IMG/VR virus record: IMGVR_UViG_3300001598_000040
Span: 1 to 64,000 of that record
Source of the DNA: a virus
Taxonomy: Duplodnaviria; Caudoviricetes
Length of the DNA: 64,000 nucleotides
Direction: 5' to 3' (one strand)
Positions 29,618-39,705 of this stretch are shown here, in pieces. Under the pieces are notes generated by a model. The model saw only the letters and a program-made list of their open reading frames with translations. It had not been told where the DNA came from and made no database searches. The translations under genes and the position numbers were made by a program. Numbering within the stretch: the stretch's first letter is position 1; each line of letters starts with the position of its first letter.

Positions 29618-32567
29618 ATATCTCCTTTAGCTTCCGCACTATGATTTTTGATAAATGTTTTTCTTGCAGTAACCCCATCGCCCATTAAGTCTTCAAAAAT
29701 TTTATCTGTTTGTGCTATGTCTGAGATTGTAAGTTGCTTTAATATACGATTTTCAGGATTAGTTAAAGTTTCTTCTGTTTCATCTATCGACATTTCTCCT
29801 AGACCCTTCATACGACCAACCTGATATTTCTTATTAGCATTTTCTTTTCTATATTCTTCTAATGCTCCATCGTTCTTTAAATACTTATACCCTTTAGATG
29901 TTGTTATTTTATATAATGGCGGAACAGCCGCATACACATAACCTTTTTCTATAAGTTCTGGACAGAAGTTCCATATAAAAGTGTAGAATAATGACTTGAT
30001 ATGCGCTCCATCGCGTGTAATTCTTATGTTTCCATAAGCACTGACTATCTTTTACTCTCTTTATTGAGAGGAGACCTTTTCGGTTTGAAAGAGGCTTCAT
30101 TTCTTAAAACCTCGCAACGTATCAATAGTTGCCCTACTTCCCCGCCCAGAAGGCAAAGGGAATAGTCGATACGGCTTCAAATATTTATCCATTTCTTTTC
30201 TTTTTTCTTATAAATAGGAAGTGTTTTATAACTTCTTCTCCAAAGCATTGCCTGAAACGTTGGATAAGACACTCTGTCTTTATAATCTTCATATATTTGT
30301 TTAGCATTTTCTTTCACATATCTTTCTCTGATTTTAATCACTTCTTCATCAGAGAATTGCGCAGATGCTCCATTTTCGCCATTGCTATTTTTATAAATAT
30401 AATATTCTTTATTTTCTTTTGTAAACACTTCAGGCATTACGTGCGCCCAAGATCTGCCCTGCCATAAATTTTGGAAGTACTTAAAAGAAATAATGTCTTT
30501 ATATTTTTCATAAACATCTCTTTGCTTTAAGTGATTATTATATGCTTTTCGTATTTCAACAACATCTTCCTCTGTCAATTTTGCTTTTGGATTATTTTTT
30601 CCAACTACATCGGTAAGTCCACCATCAAATTTGTTTCCAGATTTTGTTGCTTGAAGTTTATCAGTCCAATACTTTTCTTTAATATTCAACTCTTCTATTG
30701 AACATTCTTCCAATACTTCATAAGTAAAAGCATCTTTACCCTTTTTATCAATATAATCATCAAAAGGTATTCTTGATTGAGAGTAAGACTTTTGAATATG
30801 TTTTTTAAATCTTCTCTCTATATCATTTGATTTTCCTATGTAAAACATTGTAGGATTATCTTTTTCAGTGATTTTATAAATTCCTATCATTTTTTATTCT
30901 TCTTTATTATTTATTAAAAGAGAATGGATAAATATAAGTTTGCCACGGGATTCCCATATCTTGTTTAAGGACTTAGAGTTCCCCGTTAGCATATATACTA
31001 TTTTTTCAATGTATATATACCCACCTGATTAGGCGAAAAGTCTTTCATACGCCGTATTACTGACGTCTGCATCACTTAATATAATAATTTTACCATATCT
31101 AAGACTATCTTCATTAAATGATAGCTTCATAGTTTTTGAATCCGCAGTCAATCCAAATGCTTCTATCATTGTCATAATTTCTGCATTCTTCATTATCTTA
31201 TCTAAAGTTGCTTTTTGAGTATTTAAGATCTTACCTCGTACAGGCATAACAGCTTGAAATTCATTATTTCTTGCTTGTTTAAGATTACCTGCGGCACTGT
31301 CTCCCTCAACTACCATTATTTCACATTTTAATCTATCTTTACTATAACAGTCCGCAAGTTTACTATCAAATTTTAACGCCTTCTTTTTCTTTTCTGTCTT
31401 TTTTCTAACAGTATCTCTAGCTTTTTTAGCAGCTTCTCTAGCTTTACGAGATGTTAATGCCTTATCAACAATTTTCTTTAGTTCTTTTTCATTCTTAGTC
31501 ATCCACAGATATAATTCATCTGCAAAAACTTTTATAAATTCTTTAGTATCAATATTAACTATTCTTGATTTAACTTGTGCATCATAACTTACTCCTGAAG
31601 TAGTTAAATTAAATATTAAATATATTCCCTCTTGAATATCATCACCTGATAAATTAGCATCACTATCTTTTAACCATTTCTTTTCTTTAAAGAATTTATT
31701 CATTTCTCTTGTGACTGCGGTTTTAAAGGCTGTAATGTGCGGTCCAGAGTCTGTCAATCCGGTATTTACATAAGGAATAATAGTTGATGAATAATTATCC
31801 GCATAAGTCATAATTAAATTCATCTTATTTTTCCCATTTTGATAGTTAATATTTAATCTATCATTTAAAATTTCGTTGTCTATATGATGATCTACATAAT
31901 CATCAAGTCCATTTGTAGATTTATAAGTAATCGGATCTTTATTATCTTCTGTTAGTACAATAGTTAATCCTTTACAAAGGCATACAATAGTCTCAAATAA
32001 AGATTTTATAGCTGACATATCTATATTTGAATTAGTAAAAAATTCTTCAGAAGGATTCCACGATACTGTAGTACCGTGAATATTATTATCACACTCTCCC
32101 ACTTCTCTATTTTCAAAAACACCTTCTTTAAACTTTACAGTTTCATATTTAGAATTTCTATAAGTACTTACAGTTAACCAGTGCGAAAGATAAGTAGTTA
32201 TCTTCGATCCTATACCAAAGTTTCCTAAACTAACGCCTTCATAAGTACCATCTTCTCTATATTTACCAGAAGTATTTAATACACTAAACGCTGCTTCTAG
32301 AATACTCTTTCCATCATCTCTAAAAGAATTTGGAATAAAACCTTGTCCCGAGTCTTTTACTGTGTATATTTTATTTTTATTATCACATATTATATTAATT
32401 GTATCACCGTGTCCAAGATTATATTCATCAACTGCATTTGATAATATTTCTACTAAAAGTTGAGTAGAATAAGTTGTATCTCCACAATATACACCAGGTT
32501 TTAGACGAGTAAATTCTAAAGGAGATAATGATTCAATTGATTTCTTATTATAAACTTTATTACTCAT
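29614..32567 (-). CDS. gyrB: Type II topoisomerase subunit B, two exons: 32567-31063 and 30013-29614 (634 aa spliced)
   Basis: GHKL motifs EILSNAVDE, DSGQG, GNFGIGS; VEGDSA, PVRGKILN; splicing restores SDADV|DGAHIK; GRMKGLGEM. Confidence 0.94.
30014..31062 (-). mobile_element. Group I intron in gyrB (1049 nt) with homing endonuclease
   Basis: P1 ACGU/GCGU with U.G; GCUAACGG, AAUCCCGUGGC, GUAUCGACUA and AAGAUAGUC; terminal G at 30014; GT|C rebuilds the Val codon. Confidence 0.92.
30177..30890 (-). CDS. Intron-encoded GIY-YIG homing endonuclease
   Basis: MIGIYKIT......FYIGKS..IERRF..H; two G.N...A.(L/F)S/T.E.V..IR DNA-binding repeats. Confidence 0.92.
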   Translation of the reverse strand: MIGIYKITEKDNPTMFYIGKSNDIERRFKKHIQKSYSQSRIPFDDYIDKKGKDAFTYEVLEECSIEELNIKEKYWTDKLQATKSGNKFDGGLTDVVGKNNPKAKLTEEDVVEIRKAYNNHLKQRDVYEKYKDIISFKYFQNLWQGRSWAHVMPEVFTKENKEYYIYKNSNGENGASAQFSDEEVIKIRERYVKENAKQIYEDYKDRVSYPTFQAMLWRRSYKTLPIYKKKEKKWINI

Positions 32568-33040
32568 AAATTCATTCCTTTCTTTTTAGTTTCTACTGCT
32601 AGTTTATCAACCTCTTCATTCCACTTATGACCAGAATGTCCTTTAACCTTAATAAAATTAAATTGCTTATTCTTAAAAAATGGAATTAATCCTAACCATA
32701 TCTCTTTATTAGCTACTGGCTGTTTTTTAGAGTTTTTCCAATCATTTTTTAACCAATTTTCATACCATTGATCACAATAGCAGTTAATTAAATAAGCACT
32801 ATCACTTATAATATTAATTATATCATCATTATTAAGATAACATTCAATTGCCTTGCAGGCTTTTTGTGCGGCTAGTAATTCACATATTTGATTGGTTGCA
32901 TTTATAACAACTCCACTGTTCTTTACTCCATATAAAAAATGGTTATCATCAGAAGTTGTTATAATATATGCCCAAGCTCCTATCGCCTCTTCTTTACCAT
33001 TCATAGATACTGCGCCGTCCGTATAAATATCATATATCAT
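32564..33040 (-). CDS. rnhA: Ribonuclease HI
   Basis: YTDGA, TNQICEL.A, SDSAY, VANKEIW, VKGH......NEEVDKLA. Confidence 0.94.
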   Translation of the reverse strand: MIYDIYTDGAVSMNGKEEAIGAWAYIITTSDDNHFLYGVKNSGVVINATNQICELLAAQKACKAIECYLNNDDIINIISDSAYLINCYCDQWYENWLKNDWKNSKKQPVANKEIWLGLIPFFKNKQFNFIKVKGHSGHKWNEEVDKLAVETKKKGMNL

Positions 33041-33236
33041 CTTCTTCAGACTCCTTTATAAAACAAATATGAAAACACGCTAAAGATATCCATAATATAG
33101 AAGCTGTTGTTTCGTCATTATCATCTTCGACTTGTTCTAATTCTATACAATATGGATATACTATTTTATTCAAGTCTATTCCAATTCCAATAGAGAATTT
33201 ATTACTAAAATAGAAATAAAGCCATTTTCCAAACAT
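33030..33236 (-). CDS. Hypothetical phage protein
   Basis: Own promoter and RBS. Confidence 0.5.
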   Translation of the reverse strand: MFGKWLYFYFSNKFSIGIGIDLNKIVYPYCIELEQVEDDNDETTASILWISLACFHICFIKESEEDDI

Positions 33237-33301
33237 TTTTTTTCATCACCTTTCTATTATATTATATCAAAAATTTTTTTTAAAATCAAAAGAACTCTGA
33301 T

Positions 33302-33814
33302 TTAATCAGAGTTCAATAAATCGCATTTAAACTTATATTCTTTTCCATTTTTTAAATTATCAATTATTTCTTTAGTTTTTTTCATATCGCTAAAGTATTC
33401 TTGTAACTGCTTTCTATAATCTTCTTTATTGGCTTTATATTCATTGCAGAGTTCTTGCTTTTGAGATATATAGGCTTCAAATCTTGATCTAGTAGCATTA
33501 ACTCCAAATCCTTGAATTTTATTTGGATAAACATATACTAAAGCATTAGTAAGTTGTTTAATCTCTTTTTTAAGTCTATTATATTTTTCTCTCCAATATT
33601 TTTCCATAGCTCTAATATAAGCTATTCGTTGTCCAATGCGTCTTGAATATAAATCATCTTCGTGACATCTTGAAATAGCCATTACACATACATCTGTTTT
33701 AGACTCAAACACAAAACATCTAGTTTCTTTTCCTTCTTCAGAGAAGGCTACATTTAAATTCTCCATTAAATTGTTTTTCTCCTTTAGTATTATTTTTTCC
33801 TTTATGCGTGACAT
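33302..33814 (-). CDS. Hypothetical phage protein
   Basis: A.SRCHEDD.Y....G..IA..RA motif followed by a coiled coil. Confidence 0.6.
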   Translation of the reverse strand: MSRIKEKIILKEKNNLMENLNVAFSEEGKETRCFVFESKTDVCVMAISRCHEDDLYSRRIGQRIAYIRAMEKYWREKYNRLKKEIKQLTNALVYVYPNKIQGFGVNATRSRFEAYISQKQELCNEYKANKEDYRKQLQEYFSDMKKTKEIIDNLKNGKEYKFKCDLLNSD

Positions 33815-34062
33815 TGTAATTTCGTATTGTTACTAGATGTTCGTTGTCCATTACGGAATACACCTTTGTTAAATTCTTCTAAGAAATCTTTATGAGTATA
33901 TGTATAATCATTACACTCTGCAAAATTTCTTTCTTGACGGCAAGTAACGCAATACATTTTCTTCAAATGACCTGTTTCTCTTTGTTTTCCGTGCCGTCTT
34001 GGAATACTCATCTTTTGTCCGCAACAGGTACAATAAAAATCATTAATAATCATCTTTGGCAT
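33802..34062 (-). CDS. Zn-ribbon protein resembling ribosomal protein bL33
   Basis: FYCTCCG......R.....R..GHLKKMYCVTC.....F.E spacing parallels bL33 C-x2-C...KKYC-x2-C. Confidence 0.5.
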   Translation of the reverse strand: MPKMIINDFYCTCCGQKMSIPRRHGKQRETGHLKKMYCVTCRQERNFAECNDYTYTHKDFLEEFNKGVFRNGQRTSSNNTKLQCHA

Positions 34063-34346
34063 AGTAAATTCTCCATTCTTTTATCACACTCTTTAGCAAA
34101 TCTTTCTGCATCTTTGACATTCTTAAAATCAAATATGATATAAACACTTTTCTTATCGCTTAAAGTTGCATTATATTCATCTCTTACCATTCTAAAGAAA
34201 TCTGGATAAGATAAACCAAAAATGCGGGCAAATAATATTGAATATGAACCTTTAATTCGTCCCGCAATTATATCCATAGTCTTTTCTGATAATCTCACGC
34301 AATGTCTACCTGTACTAACATAAGTATCAATAAAAAAATATTTCAT
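34050..34346 (-). CDS. Hypothetical phage protein
   Basis: Operon-packed ORF. Confidence 0.55.
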   Translation of the reverse strand: MKYFFIDTYVSTGRHCVRLSEKTMDIIAGRIKGSYSILFARIFGLSYPDFFRMVRDEYNATLSDKKSVYIIFDFKNVKDAERFAKECDKRMENLLCQR

Positions 34347-34636
34347 ATTTCAATCTCCCTAAATAATTCTTTCATTCCTTCTTTTTCTTCTTCTGTTAAA
34401 GATAAAATAGTCCACCAATCTGGATTAGTAAAATCAAACTCTATTCTATTTGGTTCATATTGTCCCCATCTTTTAATCTCACTAACATCTACTTTTTTAA
34501 AATTTGGAATTATATATTTCTTCACTGTTGAGGGAGAACATCCTATTTCTCGTGCTACACCTGCGTATGTTTTTATTGTTAGATATAACTCATTCATTTT
34601 TGCTATATCTGCCTGTGTTATTTGCATATTTATCAA
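34343..34636 (-). CDS. Helix-turn-helix protein
   Basis: TYAGVAREIGCSPSTVKKYI. Confidence 0.75.
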   Translation of the reverse strand: MINMQITQADIAKMNELYLTIKTYAGVAREIGCSPSTVKKYIIPNFKKVDVSEIKRWGQYEPNRIEFDFTNPDWWTILSLTEEEKEGMKELFREIEI

Positions 34637-34689
34637 TTCCTTTCTTAATTTCTATATATATTATATAATATTTTTTTATAAAAAACAAT

Positions 34690-34714
34690 AAAAGACACTA
34701 TAATAGTGTCTTTT
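34690..34714. terminator. Intrinsic terminator fused to a promoter
   Basis: AAAAGACACTA-TAA-TAGTGTCTTTT. Confidence 0.75.
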
Positions 34715-34720
34715 ATATCT

Positions 34721-35092
34721 TTAACCCATATACCAAGTCCATTTATCTTCTGTATCAGATTGTTCTAATAGAAAATTGATAATAATAATTAATTCTTTGT
34801 TTTGAGCAATTAGATCGTCATTTTCTTTAATAGAGCAAATTTCAGACCAAATACGCTCTTCATCAGAGATGCTTTTAATAAACTCTCTTGACATATCAGA
34901 TAATCTTTCATATCGTTTAATGCTATCTTTTAATTCTTCAATAGCATTATTCATCGCTATAATAGGATTAAACTCTTCTTCATTCTCAAATGGAATATAA
35001 TTTGAACCGTCAAAAGCCTCATACATAGGATGATTTCTTGACCATTCTCCAATTATAACTCCATTTTTTTTCATAGTTAAATAACAACTCAT
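34721..35092 (-). CDS. Hypothetical phage protein
   Basis: RBS-preceded ORF. Confidence 0.55.
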   Translation of the reverse strand: MSCYLTMKKNGVIIGEWSRNHPMYEAFDGSNYIPFENEEEFNPIIAMNNAIEELKDSIKRYERLSDMSREFIKSISDEERIWSEICSIKENDDLIAQNKELIIIINFLLEQSDTEDKWTWYMG

Positions 35093-35106
35093 ATTTTATA
35101 TCCTTT

Positions 35107-35409
35107 CTACGCATTTGTACATCCTGTTTTTTCTGTTATATAGCATTGACTATAGTTGCTACCGCATTTAACATTAACTAAAACCGCGTCACCAACTTCT
35201 AAAGACTGTCCTGTTCGATTATATATACTTTTAATAGTAGTATCTCCTAAATCAACATCATACTTTCCTGCCGTACTATTTGCAATAATCTTTCCTGATA
35301 CAGTTTGATATATATTATTTTCTTTCAATAATTGATTAAACTTTTTCTCTATCATATCATTAATCAATTCTTGAAACTCTTTCATTGACGCTTCATTCAT
35401 TACAATCAT
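35107..35409 (-). CDS. Hypothetical protein, possible OB/beta-barrel
   Basis: G.I......GKY.V.....SLEVGD.VLV pattern. Confidence 0.5.
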   Translation of the reverse strand: MIVMNEASMKEFQELINDMIEKKFNQLLKENNIYQTVSGKIIANSTAGKYDVDLGDTTIKSIYNRTGQSLEVGDAVLVNVKCGSNYSQCYITEKTGCTNA

Positions 35410-36067
35410 CCTTTAAATAACAAGGTATTTCATATATAAAATCTCTATATTTAGATAACAATTCTTTTTGATAGTTTGTTAAATCTTTTTTTCTGTAAAA
35501 AGTGTTATATCTAAACTCTTCTTGCATATCAGCTCTCATTGTTCTTGTAGGATTAATAATAAAGCCATCTGGTATCCATTCTTCCTCTTCTTCTTGAAGA
35601 TATTTCTTTCTTAATGTCTTAAGTTTAAGCAACACTTCTTCTCTGTCTTTAAAACCTTTCAATTCTAACTTTCCAGCTCTTACTCCATCAACATAAACTT
35701 CTGCTAATGTTTTATCGTCTTCCATAGTAATTTCATAGCTAGTTTCAAAGTCGCCATTATATTCTGTAAAACTATAGAAACAATAAGTGTTCTTTTCTTC
35801 TTTTTCCTTTTCTTCTTGTTGGTTTTCTATTTTTTCTAAATACTTAGAGTCAAATACATATGGACAATAATCTTCAAAATTTGGTATTGATACTTTATAC
35901 CCAATTCTGCCCTCTTCGTTCACAGGAACAATTTCATCCACTATTTTTCCAATTTTATTTATATATTTTGCCATCGCTGGAGCCCATCCTCCTATATAAT
36001 TATCATAACCATTTTCCTCTATCGGTCTAAGAATTTTTACATAATCTCCAATATTAAATCTATTCAT
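35393..36067 (-). CDS. Hypothetical protein with N-terminal SH3/KOW-like segment
   Basis: RFNIGDYVKI...M.KY..K.GKI. Confidence 0.55.
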   Translation of the reverse strand: MNRFNIGDYVKILRPIEENGYDNYIGGWAPAMAKYINKIGKIVDEIVPVNEEGRIGYKVSIPNFEDYCPYVFDSKYLEKIENQQEEKEKEEKNTYCFYSFTEYNGDFETSYEITMEDDKTLAEVYVDGVRAGKLELKGFKDREEVLLKLKTLRKKYLQEEEEEWIPDGFIINPTRTMRADMQEEFRYNTFYRKKDLTNYQKELLSKYRDFIYEIPCYLKDDCNE

Positions 36068-36163
36068 ATATCTTCCTCCTCTAAATCATACTCTTCCAAT
36101 ACTTCTTCTTCATCTTTACCTTGTCTAATTTCTTCTTTAGCATCTTCTACTCTAGAAAAATAA

Positions 36164-36313
36164 TCAGCAGCCATCATTTCTACTACATCCATCATCGTTT
36201 TCATCCTCTTCTAAAAAATTTTTTAAACATCGTGAACATAAATTTTCACCCTCTGGTATTTCGCGTCCGCACACATCACAGACATTACCATTAGTATAGT
36301 ATATATCACTCAT
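36164..36313 (-). pseudogene. Frameshifted small Zn-finger gene (CDVCG...CSRC)
   Basis: MSDIYYTNGNVCDVCGREIPEGE continues as LCSRCLKNF only if one A is added to the A4 run. Confidence 0.5.
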
Positions 36314-36379
36314 AAAATTTTTCTACCTTTCTTTATTTTCTATAATTATTATATCATAAAATTTAATATAAAACAAATA

Positions 36380-36643
36380 TTAAAGAATAGTCCACCAATA
36401 ATCAAAAATCCTACGGTAGAATTTACCATTTTTACACTCCTCCGCTCTTCTTACTCTATGATTTCCTACTTTTTTAAAATAAGTAGTTAAGTTATGATCC
36501 ATAGAATAGCGAATATATCTATTCTTTTTTGAGTCGTAATACGCGCCCGCGCCATAGTATGTTTTAGTTTTTTCATACAATTTTTTCAATCGTCTTTTGT
36601 CTTCTTGCTTTCTTCTATGACTCATAACACAAACCTCCTTCAA
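36380..36643 (-). CDS. Small basic hypothetical protein
   Basis: Lys/Arg-rich ORF with promoter and RBS. Confidence 0.6.
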   Translation of the reverse strand: MKEVCVMSHRRKQEDKRRLKKLYEKTKTYYGAGAYYDSKKNRYIRYSMDHNLTTYFKKVGNHRVRRAEECKNGKFYRRIFDYWWTIL

Positions 36644-36682
36644 TTTATATAATTATTATATAATAAATTATAATAAAAAACA

Positions 36683-36707
36683 AAAGAGAGGAATAAATCC
36701 TCTCTTT
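36683..36707. terminator. Terminator of the S-layer gene, fused to the next promoter
   Basis: AAAGAGAGGA-ATAAA-TCCTCTCTTT. Confidence 0.78.
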
Positions 36708-36713
36708 ATAAAA

Positions 36714-39257
36714 TTAATATCTAAATATTACAATGTCTTTAATTTCATCGTCATATTGATATACATAAACAAAGGATTCAGTTCCTTCTGTAAATAATGA
36801 CTTAGAACCTGTTTTAGATTTAATATTTACTTTGCCGCCAGACGAATAATCAACCAAAGTATAGGTTATATTAGATTTAATTGTAATACCATCTTCTGCA
36901 GGATAATTATCTATATCTTCTGCTAAATAGAATTTATTATATTTAGCATCAACTACTCTATTTCCAATCTGAATAGCTTCAGCAGATTTAAATAATACAT
37001 CAAAATCTTTAACAACATCCTCTTTGGAATTACCTAATAATAAAACATCACCTTTATCTAAAGATGGTAAATCTTTATAATCATTATAGAATGTAAATGA
37101 TACTGATTTTCCTTTTTGTAAACCAGATACTAATAAAGCATCATCATCTTGATATTCAATATTACTAATTGAAGTTACAATAAATACATTATTATCTTCA
37201 ACTACTCTATCAAAATTATATCCAATAACAATAGTAACTTCATCTTCATCTTTTTCTGTTAAAGCAATAAAATCTAAATCTTCATCTTTATCATTAAAGA
37301 AATTATCAACAGAACCAATTTCAATATCACTATCTGTAATAACAGTAGCATCATTACAGATTGAGAATACTAATGTTGATTCATTAAAATCAGAAGCGCC
37401 ATAACTCATATTCTCAGCATCATAAACTTTAGAATTAGATGAATCATATGTTTTAGTTGAACCTTCAAAAAGATTTAATTTAGTAATTTCATTACCTCTT
37501 AGAGTAATATCAAATAGTGCGGAATTCACATTGCTCTTTTGAAGTTTTGTTCCTCCGAGCGCAGTTTGTAAATATTCATATACCTCTTCGTCAGAATCCG
37601 CAATCAATGTTTTTCCATCATACAATTTAGCTTTTGAAGCTAAAGTATATTTGTTAGTACCTTTTGATGTAACAACTTTTACTGTATACTCTTCATCTGA
37701 TGTATAGCCTGTTGATAATACTAAACCATAGTTAGTTCCAATTGAACCTGAAGTTGTATCATTATATACAATCTTTCCGTCCACATTTAAGTAGAATGTT
37801 CCACTTTCTCCTAACAAATCTTCTGGAGATTCATTAAAGAATGGTGATAATTCATAAGATTCACCTGCGATTGTAACGGTATCTTCATCGATATCATATG
37901 AAGTAACTGAGCCTGTAATAGTTTTGTCAGAAATGTATAAAATTCTGAAAGTTTCCATTTCAATTTCTGTAACGGTGTCATTAATACTAATGTCATAAGG
38001 ATCAATCTCCTTTCCGTTTTTAAATACTTTTACAGTATCTTCAGTTAAATCGATCTCAGATAAAATACCTGCGCCCTTAGCATCAAAGGTAATATATTCA
38101 TCATCAATATCAATAGCTTTTACTACTGCTTCATTTGTATAAGAAGTACCTATAATATAATCAATTTTATTATCATCATTATTATCAATAAATTGAATAT
38201 TTCCATTCTCTACATATGATAATAAATCTAAAGTATTATAAATATTAACTTCTTTATAATTAATAAAACTAATTACATTTTCATCTAATTTCAAATATGA
38301 AGGCTTTGAAGAATTATTTTCATAATAATAAATTTTACCATTCTCATCCGCATATTTATAACCAGCTTCCGCAATATCAGATACTGATAAATATAAATTA
38401 GATGTCTTTGTATCTTCTGCAACTGAAATTAAATCATCATCTTCATTTACATAAGCAATTACAGTAGTACCAAGATATGCACTCAAATCTTCTTTTGTAT
38501 TGACAGTAATATTATCATAATCTTTTGCATAAACACCATCATTATAAGTGTCTTTATAACCGTCAATAGATAAAGTAAAATTTGTATTATCATATCCATC
38601 TAAAATAGGTGCATCATATACAACACCGTGCCACACATCTACATCAAATACTTTAGATAACAAAGTATCATCAGATTTGGTATAAGATGTTTCACCATTA
38701 GAATTCCAACTATCTGCTTTAAACAATTGACTATTTAATGCGTTATAAATCAATTGAGCTAAATCTTTTCTAAGAATTGGTTTTCCAATAGCTACTGATA
38801 CATTTTTGTTTATTTTTTCTGAAGCTACGATGTTTAAATATCCTGACGGATAACCGCCACTCTTTTCTGCTAATACATCATAACCAAGTGCGCAACAAAC
38901 TACCTTTGCTGCTTGTTCATAAGTAACATTTTCCTCAGGTCTAAAAGTTCCATCTTCAAAACCATTAATAAGACCTAACTGCGCGCAGGTTGCAATATAT
39001 CCTGACGCCCAGTGTGATTCATCTACATCACTAAAATTAGTAGTAGATTTCTCAGGAACTTCCGCATTTAAAGTTCTTGTTACAATAGCAGTAAATTCTG
39101 CTCTACTTAACTCTTTCTCTAACTGTAAATCACCATTTTCATCGCCTTGTAAAATACCTAATCCAATGAGTAAGTCATCTTTAGAATCGGCATTTACTGA
39201 AAGTAGTGGAGTACAAGCTATAGATAAAGAGATAAGCACTCCTAAAAGTTTCTTCAT
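36714..39257 (-). CDS. Secreted S-layer-type protein with three N-terminal SLH domains (847 aa)
   Basis: Signal peptide MKKLLGVLISLSIACTPLLSVNA; SRAEF, FSDV...HWASGYI......G.INGF.DGTFRP...VTYEQA, RKDLAQLIYNAL; long acidic beta-rich body; AAGGAGG RBS. Confidence 0.9.
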   Translation of the reverse strand: MKKLLGVLISLSIACTPLLSVNADSKDDLLIGLGILQGDENGDLQLEKELSRAEFTAIVTRTLNAEVPEKSTTNFSDVDESHWASGYIATCAQLGLINGFEDGTFRPEENVTYEQAAKVVCCALGYDVLAEKSGGYPSGYLNIVASEKINKNVSVAIGKPILRKDLAQLIYNALNSQLFKADSWNSNGETSYTKSDDTLLSKVFDVDVWHGVVYDAPILDGYDNTNFTLSIDGYKDTYNDGVYAKDYDNITVNTKEDLSAYLGTTVIAYVNEDDDLISVAEDTKTSNLYLSVSDIAEAGYKYADENGKIYYYENNSSKPSYLKLDENVISFINYKEVNIYNTLDLLSYVENGNIQFIDNNDDNKIDYIIGTSYTNEAVVKAIDIDDEYITFDAKGAGILSEIDLTEDTVKVFKNGKEIDPYDISINDTVTEIEMETFRILYISDKTITGSVTSYDIDEDTVTIAGESYELSPFFNESPEDLLGESGTFYLNVDGKIVYNDTTSGSIGTNYGLVLSTGYTSDEEYTVKVVTSKGTNKYTLASKAKLYDGKTLIADSDEEVYEYLQTALGGTKLQKSNVNSALFDITLRGNEITKLNLFEGSTKTYDSSNSKVYDAENMSYGASDFNESTLVFSICNDATVITDSDIEIGSVDNFFNDKDEDLDFIALTEKDEDEVTIVIGYNFDRVVEDNNVFIVTSISNIEYQDDDALLVSGLQKGKSVSFTFYNDYKDLPSLDKGDVLLLGNSKEDVVKDFDVLFKSAEAIQIGNRVVDAKYNKFYLAEDIDNYPAEDGITIKSNITYTLVDYSSGGKVNIKSKTGSKSLFTEGTESFVYVYQYDDEIKDIVIFRY

Positions 39258-39308
39258 CCGAAGTCCTCCTTAAATATATATATTTAAAAAGTAGTGCGGG
39301 TACACTAC

Positions 39309-39530
39309 TTAATTAACAATATATGATTGTATGATAGTATAAATAGGAACGGTTGATTCAACATACAATTCTTTCCATTCCGCAGTATACATAGCTCCAA
39401 GAACAGATTTAGCATTTATTCTAAACTTATCTCCGTCTGTTAAATATACTTCACCATTTACTAATGAAACTGCGGCAACAAATGCATATATTTCTTTCAT
39501 AGTGTTTAATGCAATTTTATACGAATTCAA
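39309..39530 (-). CDS. HPr-family phosphocarrier-like protein lacking His15
   Basis: 73 aa, HPr-like layout with INAKSVLG (Ser46-type motif); no His in the sequence. Confidence 0.7.
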   Translation of the reverse strand: MNSYKIALNTMKEIYAFVAAVSLVNGEVYLTDGDKFRINAKSVLGAMYTAEWKELYVESTVPIYTIIQSYIVN

Positions 39531-39705
39531 TCAAATCATCCTCCTTTAACGGTTCAACAACCTTATAAAATAAATTAATAATTTCAAATGTTCTACAAGA
39601 CTCTAATTTCTTTCCTGCTTCACTTTTTCTAACTCCTAAAGATTTAAGAACTTGTATCATTTTACCCTTTGTCATCATCATATTTCTTCATTCCTTTCTA
39701 AAATC

